A stretch of 64,000 bases of DNA from Octopus sinensis (taxonomy: Eukaryota), in NCBI RefSeq assembly GCF_006345805.1, contig NC_042997.1, forward strand, positions 90,644,001-90,708,000, read 5' to 3'. Shown in pieces: positions 49,621-62,670 of the stretch. The notes under the pieces were generated by a model. The model ran no database searches. It worked only from the letters and a program-made list of their open reading frames with translations, and had not been told where the DNA came from. The translations under genes were made by a program, and so were the position numbers. How positions within the stretch are numbered: position 1 is the stretch's first letter; each line of letters opens with the position of its first letter.

Positions 49621-50383
49621 ATCACCCCATTTGATTTATATGGATAATACCATACAAAATTCTGGTGCCTTTAACTTAAGTACCATATTCATCTGAATCT
49701 AAATTTTTCTGAACTTATATATATATATATATATGCTTTTGGTGCGAATGGCTTTGTTATACGGCGCCGGGTTTTACAATCCTGTAAATGATAATAATAA
49801 TAATAATGGCATTTCTATAAACCTAAAGCTTATAGCGATCACCATGACTAAGGAAAATGGTCTAATAATGGGGCATATAAGCCCTCGACAGAAAAAGAAA
49901 AGTAGGCTTTCCTAACTGCGAAGCGATAGAAGCTTGTGTCAAGTTCAATTGTACGTTGTGTTAGATAAAACACGAAGATTACGGTATGTTCGACAGAGTG
50001 AGCAGAGTTTTGAAGAACACAAGAAGGAGCAAGGTTGTAGATGCCACACAATGTTGATTTGTGACGCACTGTGGCGAGCAAATTCAATTAAAACTGGTGT
50101 AAAATAATTAAAAGATACCCAAAACAACAACAACTACAGCAGCAACAACAATGGTATTTGTGAACAGCACCACCAACGACAACAATAATAGGAGTGGTGA
50201 AGACTAGCGGTTGTGCGGTCGTGTGGGTGCAGTGTGAGGAGGGTAAGAATTTCAATTTCTCACATTTTTCAACTGTGGAGATGTAGTTTGGAGATTTATG
50301 TAATGGTGAAATCCTGAAGCATAATATTCCCTTGATAAACTCTGGCAGTTTGCTGATGTACCGTGAGTAGTACTCTGTGTGTT

Positions 50384-50418
<35 letters not shown>

Positions 50419-50509
50419 ACCTGTACTTGCTTACCAGCATACGTGTTTTTTTTTACGTATGTCGTTATGAATAATGTGCGTCTATATATAAAATAGGTAG
50501 GTATGTAAT

Positions 50510-50644
<135 letters not shown>

Positions 50645-50804
50645 CAAGCATAGAATACATACATATATATGGATGTGTGTGCGTGTTTATACATATAGAT
50701 TTATATACATATGTAGGTATGTACGTGTGTTGTGTCTTTGTATGTGTATACATGTATATATATATACATACATACATACATACATACATACATACATACA
50801 TACA

Positions 50805-50835
<31 letters not shown>

Positions 50836-50836
50836 G

Positions 50837-51075
50837 TGAAGGCGCATGGCTCAGTAGTTAGAGCGTCGAGCTTGTGAGCTCGAATCCCGTGTTGTATTCT
50901 TGAGCAAGACACTTTATTTCACGTTACTCCAGTTCACTCAGATGTAGTAATGAGTTGCGACGTCACAGGTGCCAAGCTGTATCGGCCGTTGCCTTTCCCT
51001 TGCCCGGACTCGTGCCAGGGAGGGTAACTTTCTAGGTGTAATTCCATGGTCTGTGTCGTGACCGAAGAGGGTCTC
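50837..51075 (+). mobile_element. SINE family S3 with a different 3' tail
   Basis: GGCGCATGGCTCAGTAGTTAGAG head and CTTGAGCAAGACACTTTATTTCACGTT core, then a tail not shared with other S3 copies. Confidence 0.8.
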
Positions 51076-51292
51076 AGATATACATATATATAATAATAAT
51101 AATATAAATAATATATAAATATATGCATATATACATACATATATGTACATACCTACATATGTATGTATATATACATGCATATATGGGTTGTACATACACA
51201 CACATACACACATACATACACATACGCACGCACACACCACACATACATACACATACGCACGCACACACACACACACACACCACACACACACA

Positions 51293-51325
<33 letters not shown>

Positions 51326-51741
51326 CATACATACATGTGTGTTTGCGTATCGTTGTCACGTAATGTAAATGTGTGTTGTTAAACGCTTTTAAGCTGCGCT
51401 AGTTCGTCCACAGAGGGTCCCTTTAAAGACGTAGAGTGGGAAAAGACATCGTTTACCTCAAAGCCATGCGAAATGAGTCGCCCCAGAATAAACGTGAAAG
51501 ACAAGATAATGATATTATACTGGTTCATCAGTGCTGTATGCTTTATTCGTCTGGTTTCGAAATATGCGTTGTTTTTTTTACCACTCTACGTCTTTAAATG
51601 TTTTTTAAATGCAGCCTGAAAGTGTTTTAACAACACACATACGAGAAGCATGTGACATCGATAATATCTAAATTGTAGAGAAATGTGTGTGTATCTGTAT
51701 GTGTGTGTGTATGTGTGTGTGTGTGTGTGCGCGCGCGTGTA

Positions 51742-53020
51742 CACAGGGTGCGTAAGATATTTGAGGACAGATTCATGTTTATAAAAAAAAAAACATATAT
51801 AATAACAGATAATAACTTGATTTATCAAAAAATGCTATGAAGATAAAAATAAACCTTTTCTATAATGTTATTCAATAAAGCCACCTTCAGCTTCAACAAC
51901 TGCTTCTATATGAGATTTAAATCGTCTACATGCTCGAATCAAATGGCCCTGGTTCATTTTGGATATTAGTCTGACTATGGCAGCTTTCAAAGAATTTTTG
52001 GTGTTATAAGCGTGTTCATTGACCTCTCTCTCTCAACAACGCTCCACATGTAATATTCCAATGGATTGAGATCTGGGGAACTGGAGGCCAAATGTTAAGA
52101 GTTATGTGATCACAAAAATTTTCAGCCATCCATTCCTGTGTTACTAGAGCCATGTGTGATTATGCAGAGTCTTACTGAAACACATATAGTCTTCCATTTC
52201 ATACACTGTGTAGCCAGGGCTTAACAATTATTTCCAGGACCTCAGTGTAGGTGGCAGAGTTAACTCTAAGGCCTTGTGGATAGAAGTAAGGAGGCACCAC
52301 GTGTCCTTCGTTGCTGACAACCCCTAAAACCATGACAGTTGCAGGAAATTTTGTATGCATAACACTTGGAACTTCATAATGGTCTGCACATAACCATCTG
52401 TCATTCTTCTGTTAACTTTTGGATCTTGGTCGAAGTTTTTCTCGTTTGAGAAAAACCAAATAAAATCTTTTTCTCCTGGATTTTTCAATTTGCTTAAGAG
52501 CCTTTTAGATCTGATGTAGTGATTTTGTTTTGCTTTTTCTGATAAATTGACCTTTCTTCATCATATAAGACTTATAACTGATGTCTTCGTGGGACAACAT
52601 TTCTGACTGTTCCTTCTGACACATGGAGATATTTTACAATTGACCTCATGAACTTTCTGGATTATAATCAATGATCTGTTGAACTTGCTGGATAAATTCA
52701 GGTGTTCTGATGATTTCAAAGCGTTTAGAAAGCTTTTTATGCTTTGATACTGGTGATACGTTTCCATCTTCAGTCTCTAGCTCCTTATAAACTTTGTAGG
52801 TGAAAGATCTGGAAACTTTAAAAAATCGAGATATTTCTAAATCGCTATGCTCAGCCTTCATGACCACAATAACAGCATGCCTCTTCATTTCTTCAATAAG
52901 CTGAGGGTTTGCCATTATTATTTTCTGAAACAAGGATTATAAACAAGGATTATAACAAGGATTATTAGCAAAAAGTGCAGCAATGACCCAAAAAAATGTA
53001 TGTCCTCAAAAACCTCCCAC
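51742..53020 (-). mobile_element. Decayed Tc1/mariner-superfamily transposon with 37-residue catalytic spacing (maT/DD37-type)
   Basis: TA-CACAGGGTGCGTAAGATATTTGAGGACA end, with a partial inverse TGTCCTCAAA near 53002. ORF 52646-52933 is HTH-like. Decayed FSNEKNF, FQ*DSA*SH and WPP.SPDLNPLEY give 37 residues between the second D and the terminal acidic residue, allowing one indel. Confidence 0.8.
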
Positions 53021-53386
53021 AGAAATAATTAAAATCTAAAAGAATATAAATACCTATTGGTTGTAGAAACCCGGATATACTGAGTCCGCGATATAAATTT
53101 ACATATATTAGCCGGAAAAACCCTCGATAGTTGAACCCTCGATAGGTAAACCGCGATATAACAAAAATAAACATTATTTTCCATCTTGTGTTAGTGTTGT
53201 TTTATTTTGCAAAATAAAAATTTATTTTATGGTTTATTGTTGTTTATATTTTGAATTACATATATATAGGGCCATCAAAGTCTTTCAGTTGCTTAGAGCC
53301 GCTATGGCTCTTGAGCCAAGCCAGCCCTGGTTACAAGTATGTGTCTGAGAAAGTGATAATGCTCAAAATTGATTTGTGTACAACCG

Positions 53387-53459
<73 letters not shown>

Positions 53460-53675
53460 TCATGTACGTACGTGCGTGAATACGTACATACTACTAATCT
53501 AAAACAGAAATAAGACAGAATTTAATTGCTACAATCACGTTTAACACTTAGCTGTCTCTGACTTTAACGATATTCCTTAGTAATATAATTTTGTTCTTTT
53601 TTGATAATGATGTTGTCCATCATGAACGTCTCTTCCAGCAATGTAATGATGTTACTATCATGCATCTGTATAACT

Positions 53676-53995
53676 GGCACTCCGTCGGTTACGACGACGA
53701 GGGTCCAAGTTGATTCGATCAACGAAACAGCTTGCTCATGAAATTAACGTGCAAGTGACTGAGCACTCCACAGACACATGTCCCCTTAACATAGTTCCCA
53801 GGGAGATTCAGCATGACACAGAACGTTACAAGGCTGGCCCTTTGAAATACAGAAGCTACTCATTTTTGCCAGTTGAGTGGACTGGAGCAATGTGGAATAA
53901 AGTGTCTTGCTGAGAGACACAACGTACCACTGAGAAACGAACTCACAACATTACCATCGTGAGCCGAATACCCAAACCACTTTGCTACGCATCTT
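53676..53995 (-). mobile_element. SINE family S3
   Basis: Colinear with 37960-38266. Confidence 0.8.
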
Positions 53996-54250
53996 TATAT
54001 AAAAACAAAGCAGAAGTTGAATTTCGACAACGACAATATTCGCTATGTGACTGTATATTCAGTGAGTCAGTGAAATAGTTTGGCCCAAGATTTGTGTCGG
54101 GTGTTAGCATTATAAATGTGACTTTCCATCTGCATCAGAACGTTATATTTGTTGATTGGTCAAATATTTAATCTCCAAAGATGTCCTTGTGATAACTATC
54201 TTGAAACCGAACTGAAAAATAGAAAGCAGTAGTTCATGCCTTCCATAATT

Positions 54251-54428
54251 CTTTCCACTTTTGGCACAAGGCCAGCAATTTGAAGGAAGGTTAAGTCATT
54301 ACACCAATGCTTGACTGGTACCCATTTTATCGACACTGAAAGGCAAAGTTAGCCTCTGCGGGATTTGAACTCAGGACGCAAAGACTCAGAAGAAATGCCG
54401 CTGAACATTTTGTCCGGCACTGCTAGCC
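54251..54428 (-). mobile_element. Diverged S1 SINE
   Basis: GGCACAAGGCCAGCAATTT...GAAAGGCAAAG...GATTTGAACTCAG. Confidence 0.7.
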
Positions 54429-55148
54429 CATCGATTTCGTGCCTCCCGTGATGACACAAATATCTGGAGGTGAACTGATATCTATCCAGTTTTAAACAGT
54501 ATTAAACAAGGATGTGTTCTTGCCCCTGTCCTTTTTAGGCCGTTCTTAGCAATACCAAAATCTGCAATTTTCATACTTTAAACTATAGTGGACAGTTTCA
54601 TCCAGTTCAGGCCTTTTTCACTAGCCACTAAGTTATGAGGACGTAAACACACTGTCACCGGTTATCAATTAGGGAAGCCAACACAAATACACACGCACAC
54701 ATATGCACGCGCATACACATACACACACACATATACATACATCTATATAATAAAATAGACTGTGTGTGTATTCACTTTTCACACGAAAACGGTTGCGCGA
54801 ATTGCTTCCATACTTGGGATGCAAGAATAATTTGACCTCGGATATAATAACAGACTCTTCAGTCTATTATGCTTTATATTTATGATACACTTCTTTAAAA
54901 AGGTTTCTCAATGTCAGCTTCCGATATTGACGTAGCAACGGCGAAATTTTCCGTTTTCATTTGCGAAACCTCTCACTCTCTATTTTGATGTTTTCATTTC
55001 AATTTTTAATTCGCTATTTGCAAACGACTACGATGATTTACTGAAATATTTACCAAGTTCACAAATTTAAATATTCGGCACAAGTTTTTAACATGCTTGT
55101 ATTTATACGATTTTTTAATTTCATGTTTATTTCATTCATTGTTTTCAT

Positions 55149-55149
<1 letters not shown>

Positions 55150-55200
<51 letters not shown>

Positions 55201-55227
55201 CTCTCTTTCTCTCTCTCTCCTCTCTCT

Positions 55228-55309
<82 letters not shown>

Positions 55310-55312
55310 CCT
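55150..55312. repeat. (TC)n microsatellite
   Basis: Direct reading. Confidence 0.95.
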
Positions 55313-55526
55313 CTTCCACACACAGTTTTGATTTCGTTATTACACAAATATCACATTAAAATTTTGCAATTCAACATGGAACATCCCAAAAAGTATAGGC
55401 ATTCTTTCGCTTGAGCCCGCACACTTCGTTATTTTCTGTAAAAAATACTTTTTTGCGTGCCGTGTAACTGTAATCAGTCACACACGCACACGTGTGCTTT
55501 TATATGTACGTTTGTATACATTTATG

Positions 55527-55528
<2 letters not shown>

Positions 55529-55573
<45 letters not shown>

Positions 55574-55716
55574 GTGAATGAAGAGGTGTGTTGTCACGTA
55601 TACGTACATAAATAAATACATATGCATACATCTTTTTTGTATGTAGTGCGTGTGTGTGTGAGAAACAGAGAAAGAGAGAGAGAAAGAGTGATGCCTAAGT
55701 GGCACTCACACACACA

Positions 55717-55747
<31 letters not shown>

Positions 55748-55844
55748 GCACACGCATACATACAAAAAGATGTATGCTTATTTATGTATGTACGTATACA
55801 TGACAACACACCCCTTCACTCGCTCTCTCTCTTCCTCACTCTGT

Positions 55845-55906
<62 letters not shown>
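55529..55906. repeat. Fold-back palindrome (~190 bp arms, short loop near 55698)
   Basis: Unique cores 55575-55650 and 55745-55820 are reverse complements (GGTGTGTTGTCA.GTATACGTACATA...GCATACATCTTTTT.GTATGTA). They are nested within complementary (GA)/(TC) and (GT)/(CA) tracts. Confidence 0.88.
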
Positions 55907-55909
<3 letters not shown>

Positions 55910-55986
55910 CCATTTCAGCTGATGTTTGATACTGTATGTATATGTGCGTGCGTGAGGCGTTCCACGATCGCCAGAAAAAAGCGGAG

Positions 55987-57059
55987 GAATTTTCTTTTTT
56001 GATGCTCCTGGTGCCACAGATAAAACATTTGTGACAACATTGCTTCTCTCTAGGGTAAGGCAACAAAAAACCACTGCAGTTGCTGTAGCAGTGTCTGACT
56101 TTGCTGCCACCATTCTCCCAGGGGGAAAAACAGCTCATTCTGCTTTTAAATTACCGCTGAACCTGGTCAGAAATGACAGTCCAATTTGTAACGTAAGCAA
56201 AGATTCGGGTTCAGCAGAAGTGTTGCGCCAATGTCACCCGATCATTTGGGATGAATGCACCATGTCACAAAGAGGTGCAATAGAAGCTCTTGGTAACACC
56301 TTACAGGACATCAGAGGTAACAATAAATTTATGGGAGGAGTTACATTAGCTTTATCAGGAGACTTCAGACGGACATTACCAGTCATTCCGAGACGAATAA
56401 GATCTGATGAAATAAAAGCATGCATTAAAGTCTTCACGCCTACGGAATAAAGTACAGAAATCCCCTTCGATAATAACGTGCGAGCCTTATTACATGGGTA
56501 CCAATGTGCAGAATAGTTTTCAACCTGGTTCATCCAATTAGAAAATGGGAAAGTACCATTTGATGGGAATGGTGATATCAATTTGGCTCATATTGCTATC
56601 ATGGGGAATTCCCCAGCTGAATTGAAGAACAGGGTATTTCCAGTCTTAAGTAATAATTATAATTCACATAAATGATTGTGTGAAAGGACAATTCTTGCTC
56701 CAAAAAATGAGACAATAGCAAAGATTAACCATGAATTAATGAATAAGATTCCAACAGTCATTAAGGAGTATAAATCAATTGATTCAGTTCTTGATGAAAA
56801 TCAAGCTGTCCGTTACCCACCTCCTCCACATAAACCTTTTCTGAAGGTACGAGTCCTAATAATGCTTATAAGAAATTTATATCCTCCTAAATTATGCAAT
56901 AGGACAAGGTTGATTGTGAAGATATTACCACCTGATGTGACAGAAGCTACCATCATCACTGGAAGTACCTCTGGGGAAGAGGTTTTCATTCCAAGAATTC
57001 CAAGTTCAGGACAACTTATTACATCTGGTAAAGTACAGAACAAGAACATTTTTACTTAA
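55987..57059 (+). pseudogene. PIF1-like (Helitron) helicase remnant
   Basis: Decayed Walker A DAPGATDKTF, GKTAHSAFKLP, IIWDECTM, GDFRRTLPV, ILAPKN and MLIRNL..PKLCNRTRL.V; frameshifted. Confidence 0.9.
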
Positions 57060-58505
57060 AATATGGCAGCTAAGGAAAAAATTTCAAATAAAATATTTAA
57101 ATTTAGAAAATATTAGCTTTTATTAAAACTAGAAATTTTATTACGAATTTGTTATTACTTGTTACTTCTGTTTGTTATTACTTGTTACTTCTATTAAAAA
57201 TTTTAAATAATTCGATTAAAATATTTTTAACATTAAAAAAATTCTACAGTAAAATCTACTTATAACAACAAATTCACAGTAAAATTAACTTGAGTTATTG
57301 CCTAAGTTATTGCCAAGTCTCCACATTTTTAGTCTTGACCCAATGCCTATTTTTTACATAATGAATTTGTCTACCATATATACTACTCTACTTTGCATAA
57401 AACTTTAGCTTACATTGGTACTTCTGGCTCTCATCTTTTAAGTATTCTAGTGTGTCAAGATTTTAACGAAATGATGGTACCTTTTTTAATTATAATGTTA
57501 ATTTGCAAATTAAAATCAAATAATTTTTAATATTCAAATTTTATCCTTAGCCGCAATATTTTCAGTAAAAGAATTCTCGTTCTGTACTTTACCAGATGTA
57601 ATAACTTGTCCTGAACTTTTCCAAGTGTAATAACTTGTCCTGTACTTTCCCAGATTCATAAGAATATTATTTCTCTTGCTCGCGTTTTTCCATGTAATCC
57701 ATGTTTTTTCCAGCCTCTGCTATCATGCTAATTAAAATATGTCAAATGTGTCATTTAGCAGTGTCGTTGATAATTTTTTTCTTTACTTCAATGATGCCGA
57801 TAACATATTAAAAGTCCACTAGAATTATATTCATAAAAACGTATACAACTATATTATCACCTTCAAATTTGAGAAACAAACACTCATATCTTTTTTCTCT
57901 TAAAACTTCATTGCATGAGATTGATACCATGAAATTCCTCGAATTGAGCTCTAGCATTTAAGCTTAATTAAAATGTAGTTTGTTTTTAAAATTAAAAAAA
58001 TTAATTATACTTAAATCCAATTTTTTGCCTAACTATTTTTTTGTGATATTTTACCCCGCAACTTTTTGATACGAAATTTTGTTGCATGGGACCAAAACTA
58101 TGAAATTCTTCACGCTTCCTTCTATCATTGAAGCTAAGATAAATATATTTTGCTTCTAAAATAAAAACGTAATTTAGATCTAAACTTGATTGATGGCGTT
58201 ACTTACTCTCCTATAACGTCGCTACAAATTTTGATGTAAACTTTTTTCTACTGGACCAAATCTCAATGTTTTTGTGCCAAAATGTTGTTAACGACCAGTC
58301 CTCTTCAAAAAAGTTAACGGTTTTCCATTTGGTTAAGAACTGAATTAGCGACAAGCTCTGAAAGATGTTGCGTGTGAGTAAATTGCGGCCTTAAGAATAT
58401 TAACTACTACCGTAGTTGAATGATATATGTATGTGTGTGTGTGTGTGTATGTATGTATTCATGTATGTATAATATATATGTATATATGTATATATATATA
58501 TATAT

Positions 58506-58550
<45 letters not shown>

Positions 58551-58729
58551 TTATTCACATACATATGTGTGCGCGTGTGTGTGTGTGTGTAACATATTTG
58601 TAGACTCACTGAAAATCGTCAATTTCATTGTTAATACAACTGTAGCGTGTGTTTCGTGTGCAAGTGTGTAGCAGTAGCAGTACTAATATACCGTCTGTTG
58701 TCACTCATCTTCTAGTCACAGAAGATACA

Positions 58730-58759
58730 CTAGTAGTAGTAGTAGTAGTAGTAGTAGTA

Positions 58760-58796
<37 letters not shown>

Positions 58797-58803
58797 GGTG
58801 GTG

Positions 58804-58839
<36 letters not shown>

Positions 58840-59005
58840 GATGAGTGGCAACAGCAGTCTTAGAGATGGTGATATTGGTGGTGGTGGTGGTGGTGGTGCT
58901 GCTGCTGCTGTTAGTCCAAGTGGTGGTGGCGGTGGTGGTGGTGGTGGTGGTGGTGGTATTGGTGGTGGTGGTGGTGGTGGTGGTAGTGGTGGTGGTGGTA
59001 GTGGT
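58730..59005. repeat. Compound (GTA)n/(GGT)n microsatellite
   Basis: Direct reading. Confidence 0.95.
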
Positions 59006-59234
59006 GCTAGTTGGAAGAATGGAGATAGAAGTTGGTGAAGAAGTTTATTGCGAAGCAAACTGAAAATCAGGAAATTCAATTAGAGAGATAATTAGAAATT
59101 ATCAATGACTAATTAGTTCTACGAAAAAAAAAGGAAGGGAAGAAAGCTGTTTGAAATGGTGATGGGTGTGGTTGGAAGTTGGGGTGGGGTGTTGAAATTC
59201 CGTCATGTAACGACGATCAGTTCATATGATAAAC

Positions 59235-59297
<63 letters not shown>

Positions 59298-59303
59298 GAA
59301 CAA

Positions 59304-59515
59304 TGGTTTCAAATTTTCACACAAGGCCAGGAACTTCAAGTGTGAGGGTAAATCGATTACATCGACCCCAGTGCTCGACTGGTACTTATCTTATTGACCC
59401 TGAAAGGATGGAAGGCAAAGTCGACCTCGGCGAAATTTTAAATCAGATAGTAAATATGGACGAAATGCCGCTAAGAATTTTGCCCGGCATGCTAACGATT
59501 CTGCTGGCTCACCCT
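59304..59515 (-). mobile_element. S1 SINE between (TAA)n tracts
   Basis: Matches 28844-29243. Confidence 0.85.
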
Positions 59516-59534
59516 ACTTAATAATATAATAATA

Positions 59535-59582
<48 letters not shown>

Positions 59583-59585
59583 CAA

Positions 59586-59700
59586 CATATTTTACCTGTG
59601 AATTTGCGTGTAATCTGGGAATGCATACAATGAGCTTCTCTGTCCTAGGTGTACAGAAAACACTCGGAAAGAAACGGGAGAAGATTTGAAGAAAGAAGGA
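59586..59700 (+). mobile_element. 3' UTR-only fragment of R4/Dong family B
   Basis: ATGCATACAATGAGCTTCTCTGTCCTAGG...ACACTCGGAAAGAAA aligns with 28180-28260. Confidence 0.6.
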
Positions 59701-59851
59701 AATAGTAATAATGCTAACGATGATGATGATGATGATGATGATGATGACGATGATAATAATAATGATGATGATGATGATAATAATAATAATGATGATGATG
59801 ATGATGATGATGACGACGACGACGATGATAATGATGATGATGATGATGATG

Positions 59852-59893
<42 letters not shown>

Positions 59894-59926
59894 TAATATA
59901 ATAATAATAATAACAATAATAATAAT

Positions 59927-60242
59927 GAGAAACTCTCAAAATACAAAGACCTGGAAATAGAGGTAACTAGAATGTGGAATCTGAAAACAGAAACAATTCC
60001 TATCATAGTAGGTGCATTAGGCATGATAAAAAAATATTCAGACAAATACATAACAAAAACACCAGGACTTACAAACACATATAACATACAGAAAATTGCA
60101 CTACTAGGCACTGCACACATCCTACGCAGAACACTTTCCATACAATAACCATCAGAGCATCACAACAAATCACAGCACATACCCAAGGCACACTGAGCTG
60201 TGCTCGGTAGTGAAGTGAAAGCACGCTATAAAAATAAAACTA

Positions 60243-60245
<3 letters not shown>
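59927..60245 (+). mobile_element. 5'-truncated R4/Dong family A copy between (TAA)n tracts
   Basis: Near-identical (a handful of substitutions in ~320 bp) to 21345-21663, ending at the same ...AAAACTACTG|(AAT)n junction. Confidence 0.93.
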
Positions 60246-60276
<31 letters not shown>

Positions 60277-60279
60277 TAG

Positions 60280-61510
60280 TGAGATAGGCTACAGTCCCTG
60301 GCAAGGATAGAATTATCAAATAGGGAAGTGGTGAAACAACTTGTAAAGGAAGACAATAAATACGTTGGCATACTAGAGTTCAATGAAATCATCGAGAAGA
60401 AAATGAAAGAACAGCTGAAGAAAGAGTATTTCCGAAGACTACAATTGGTGTTGCACTGAAAATTAACTGGAAGGAAGAAAATTCCAAGCATTAAATACAT
60501 AGGCGATAACATCACTTTGGTATGGAGCTGGAAACATAAACTGATGAGTAATGTCATTGCACGGAACATTCCATCTCAAGAGCGCAGTGATTGATTGTAC
60601 TTATCCAGAAGAAATGGTGGAAGAGGCTTGATTAATTGTCAGGATTGTGTTGAATCAGAGGAAAAGAGTTTGAAGAAGTCCAGCATCATCAAAACTGATA
60701 ATCGTGTTAAAAGTAGGAAAATTAAATGGTAAAACAAAATAAAACATTAAAAAAAAGGCACGGAAAGGAAAAAAATGTATGGTCGGTTTGCAAGAAATAC
60801 GAGCGCAAAGACAGATACAGAAAGCCGGTGGTTATAGGTGTGAAGGAGTGACTTGAAGATAGAAACAGAAGCACTTATATGCATGGCAGAAGAACAAGCA
60901 TTGAGGTTAAACTATGTGAAGTGCAGAATTGATAAAACAACTGAGAGCGACAAACGCAGAATGTGTGGTGAGAGGAGTGAAAGAAACAGTGTGGCACATT
61001 GTTAGTGAAAACCCGAAATTGGCTCAACGTGAATAGAAAAGGCAACATGACAACGTGACAAGAATGATCCATTGGAAGCTTTGTGGAAATTATGGTCTTG
61101 AAAGATCAAAGACTTAGTGTGACGAAATCCTAGAAGGAGCAACTGAGAATGAGGACAGCAAAATTCTGTAGGATGCAATGATTCAGTATGACCATCAGAT
61201 TAAACATCGGAAACCTGATCAGAAAAGAAAAAAACTTGCATGTTAATCCACATAGCATGTTCTGGTGACAATAGAATCAAAGAGAAAGAAGAAAAAGTGA
61301 ACAACTATGATGAATTGAAGTGGTAAATATGAAGGTTGTGAACAATAAAGAAAATGGACGTGGTAACAGTAGTGATTGGCGGGCCTGGAAGTATCAGCAC
61401 TCAGCTACCAACATGGCTCAAAGAGATCGGTACAAATGTAAAGATAGAACACCTATAAAAATCATCATCGTTTGGAACTGCAAGAGCTCTCCGCAGGGTT
61501 CTTGAAACAT
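60280..61510 (+). pseudogene. Degenerate R4/Dong-like element (family D), thumb to C-terminus
   Basis: KYVGILEFNEI..KKMKEQLKKEYFRR, SDLKIETEALICMAEEQAL, MCGERSE, RQHDNVTRMIHWKLCG and GTARALRRVLET*. Confidence 0.8.
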
Positions 61511-61599
61511 GATCAGTAAAAAAAATGACACCTTAGTCTGCTGTCTGTGTGCAGTTGACACTTACCATCATATCCAGCAAAAGAAGACTTCAGAAGTAA

Positions 61600-62670
61600 T
61601 TAGTAGTGACTTCTCTTGAAAATCGACATTTGGCAAAAAAAAAAAAGAGGGGTTAACTCCTAAGAACATTCATGTTGACATGGTTGCTACATTAGAGGAT
61701 GACGCTCCCGCTTTATGAACAGTGCAAAAGCGGGTAACTGAATTTAGGAAGGGAAGGGAGAGAGTCTTGATGACACAACGCCTGGACGTCCTGCAGCTGT
61801 CACCACCAAGGAAAACATTGATTGTGTTCACCATATGGTAATGGATGACAGGCAATTGGCTATAAATAAAATAGCCAATGCTAGTAGCATAACCTATAAG
61901 AGAGTTGAGAATATTCTACACAATAAATTTGGCATAACGAAGGTTTCTACTTAGTGGGTGCAACGTCTTCTGACACCTGATTAAAAGCGCACTAGATTGA
62001 TCACATCACGGAAAAATTTGACCCTGTTTGAGGTAGATCCAGCTGGTTTCCTTGAACATTTCCTAACCCAGGATGAGTAACTGTTGGACTCATCATTTTG
62101 AGCCAGAGACAAAGAGATAAAACATGCAGTGGAAACACCCCTCTCCACTTGTTCCAAGAAGGCTATGGTCGTTTCATCTGCATGGAAATGGGATACAGAA
62201 GGCATTGTGTTTATTGACTATCTTCAAAAGGGCCACACTATCAATGGAATGTACTATGCCAACTTGCTGAGGCAGTCACGAAAGGCTATCAAGACCAAAC
62301 GCCTGAGAAAACTGACGAAAGGGGTCTTGTTTTATCAGGACAATGCTCCAACATACAAGTCCATGCTTTCAATAGCTGTTGTACATGACTGTGGCTTTGA
62401 ACTGGTCGATCACTTTCCCTATTCTTTTGACTTGATCCAATCTAACTATCATTTGTTCCCTAGCATGAAAAAATACTTGGCTGGGAACCAGTATCGTAGT
62501 GATGATGACGTCATATCTACTGTTGATTTTTTTGACCAACAAGATGAAAGCTTCTTCGACAGTGGGATCCAAACATTGAAACACCGATGAAAGAAGTGCG
62601 TGGCCGCAAAGGGGGATATGTTGCAAAATAAACCTCATTTGGTCTCAGTCCATGAGGGTATTTTGGTCAG
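61600..62670 (+). mobile_element. Decayed mariner (DD34D) transposon
   Basis: WVQRLLT (WVPRxL motif), LTQDE, QDNAP and YSFDLIQSNYHLF (YSPDLAPSDY motif). 34 residues separate the second D from the third position, here N. Confidence 0.9.

Larger units (their letters stand above)
54742..57059 (+). mobile_element. Helitron derivative carrying a decayed PIF1-like helicase segment; 3' end not located
   Basis: A|TCTATATAATAAAA 5' end at 54742; helicase motifs downstream. Confidence 0.65.

Noticed and set aside
51500-51570. CTGATGA and GAAAC on the minus strand in type II hammerhead order
   Set aside because: The sequences that should form stem II do not pair.
57480-58380. AT-rich segment with a 28 bp duplication (57597-57650), possibly a DNA transposon interior
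   Set aside because: No TIRs, termini or coding motifs could be identified.
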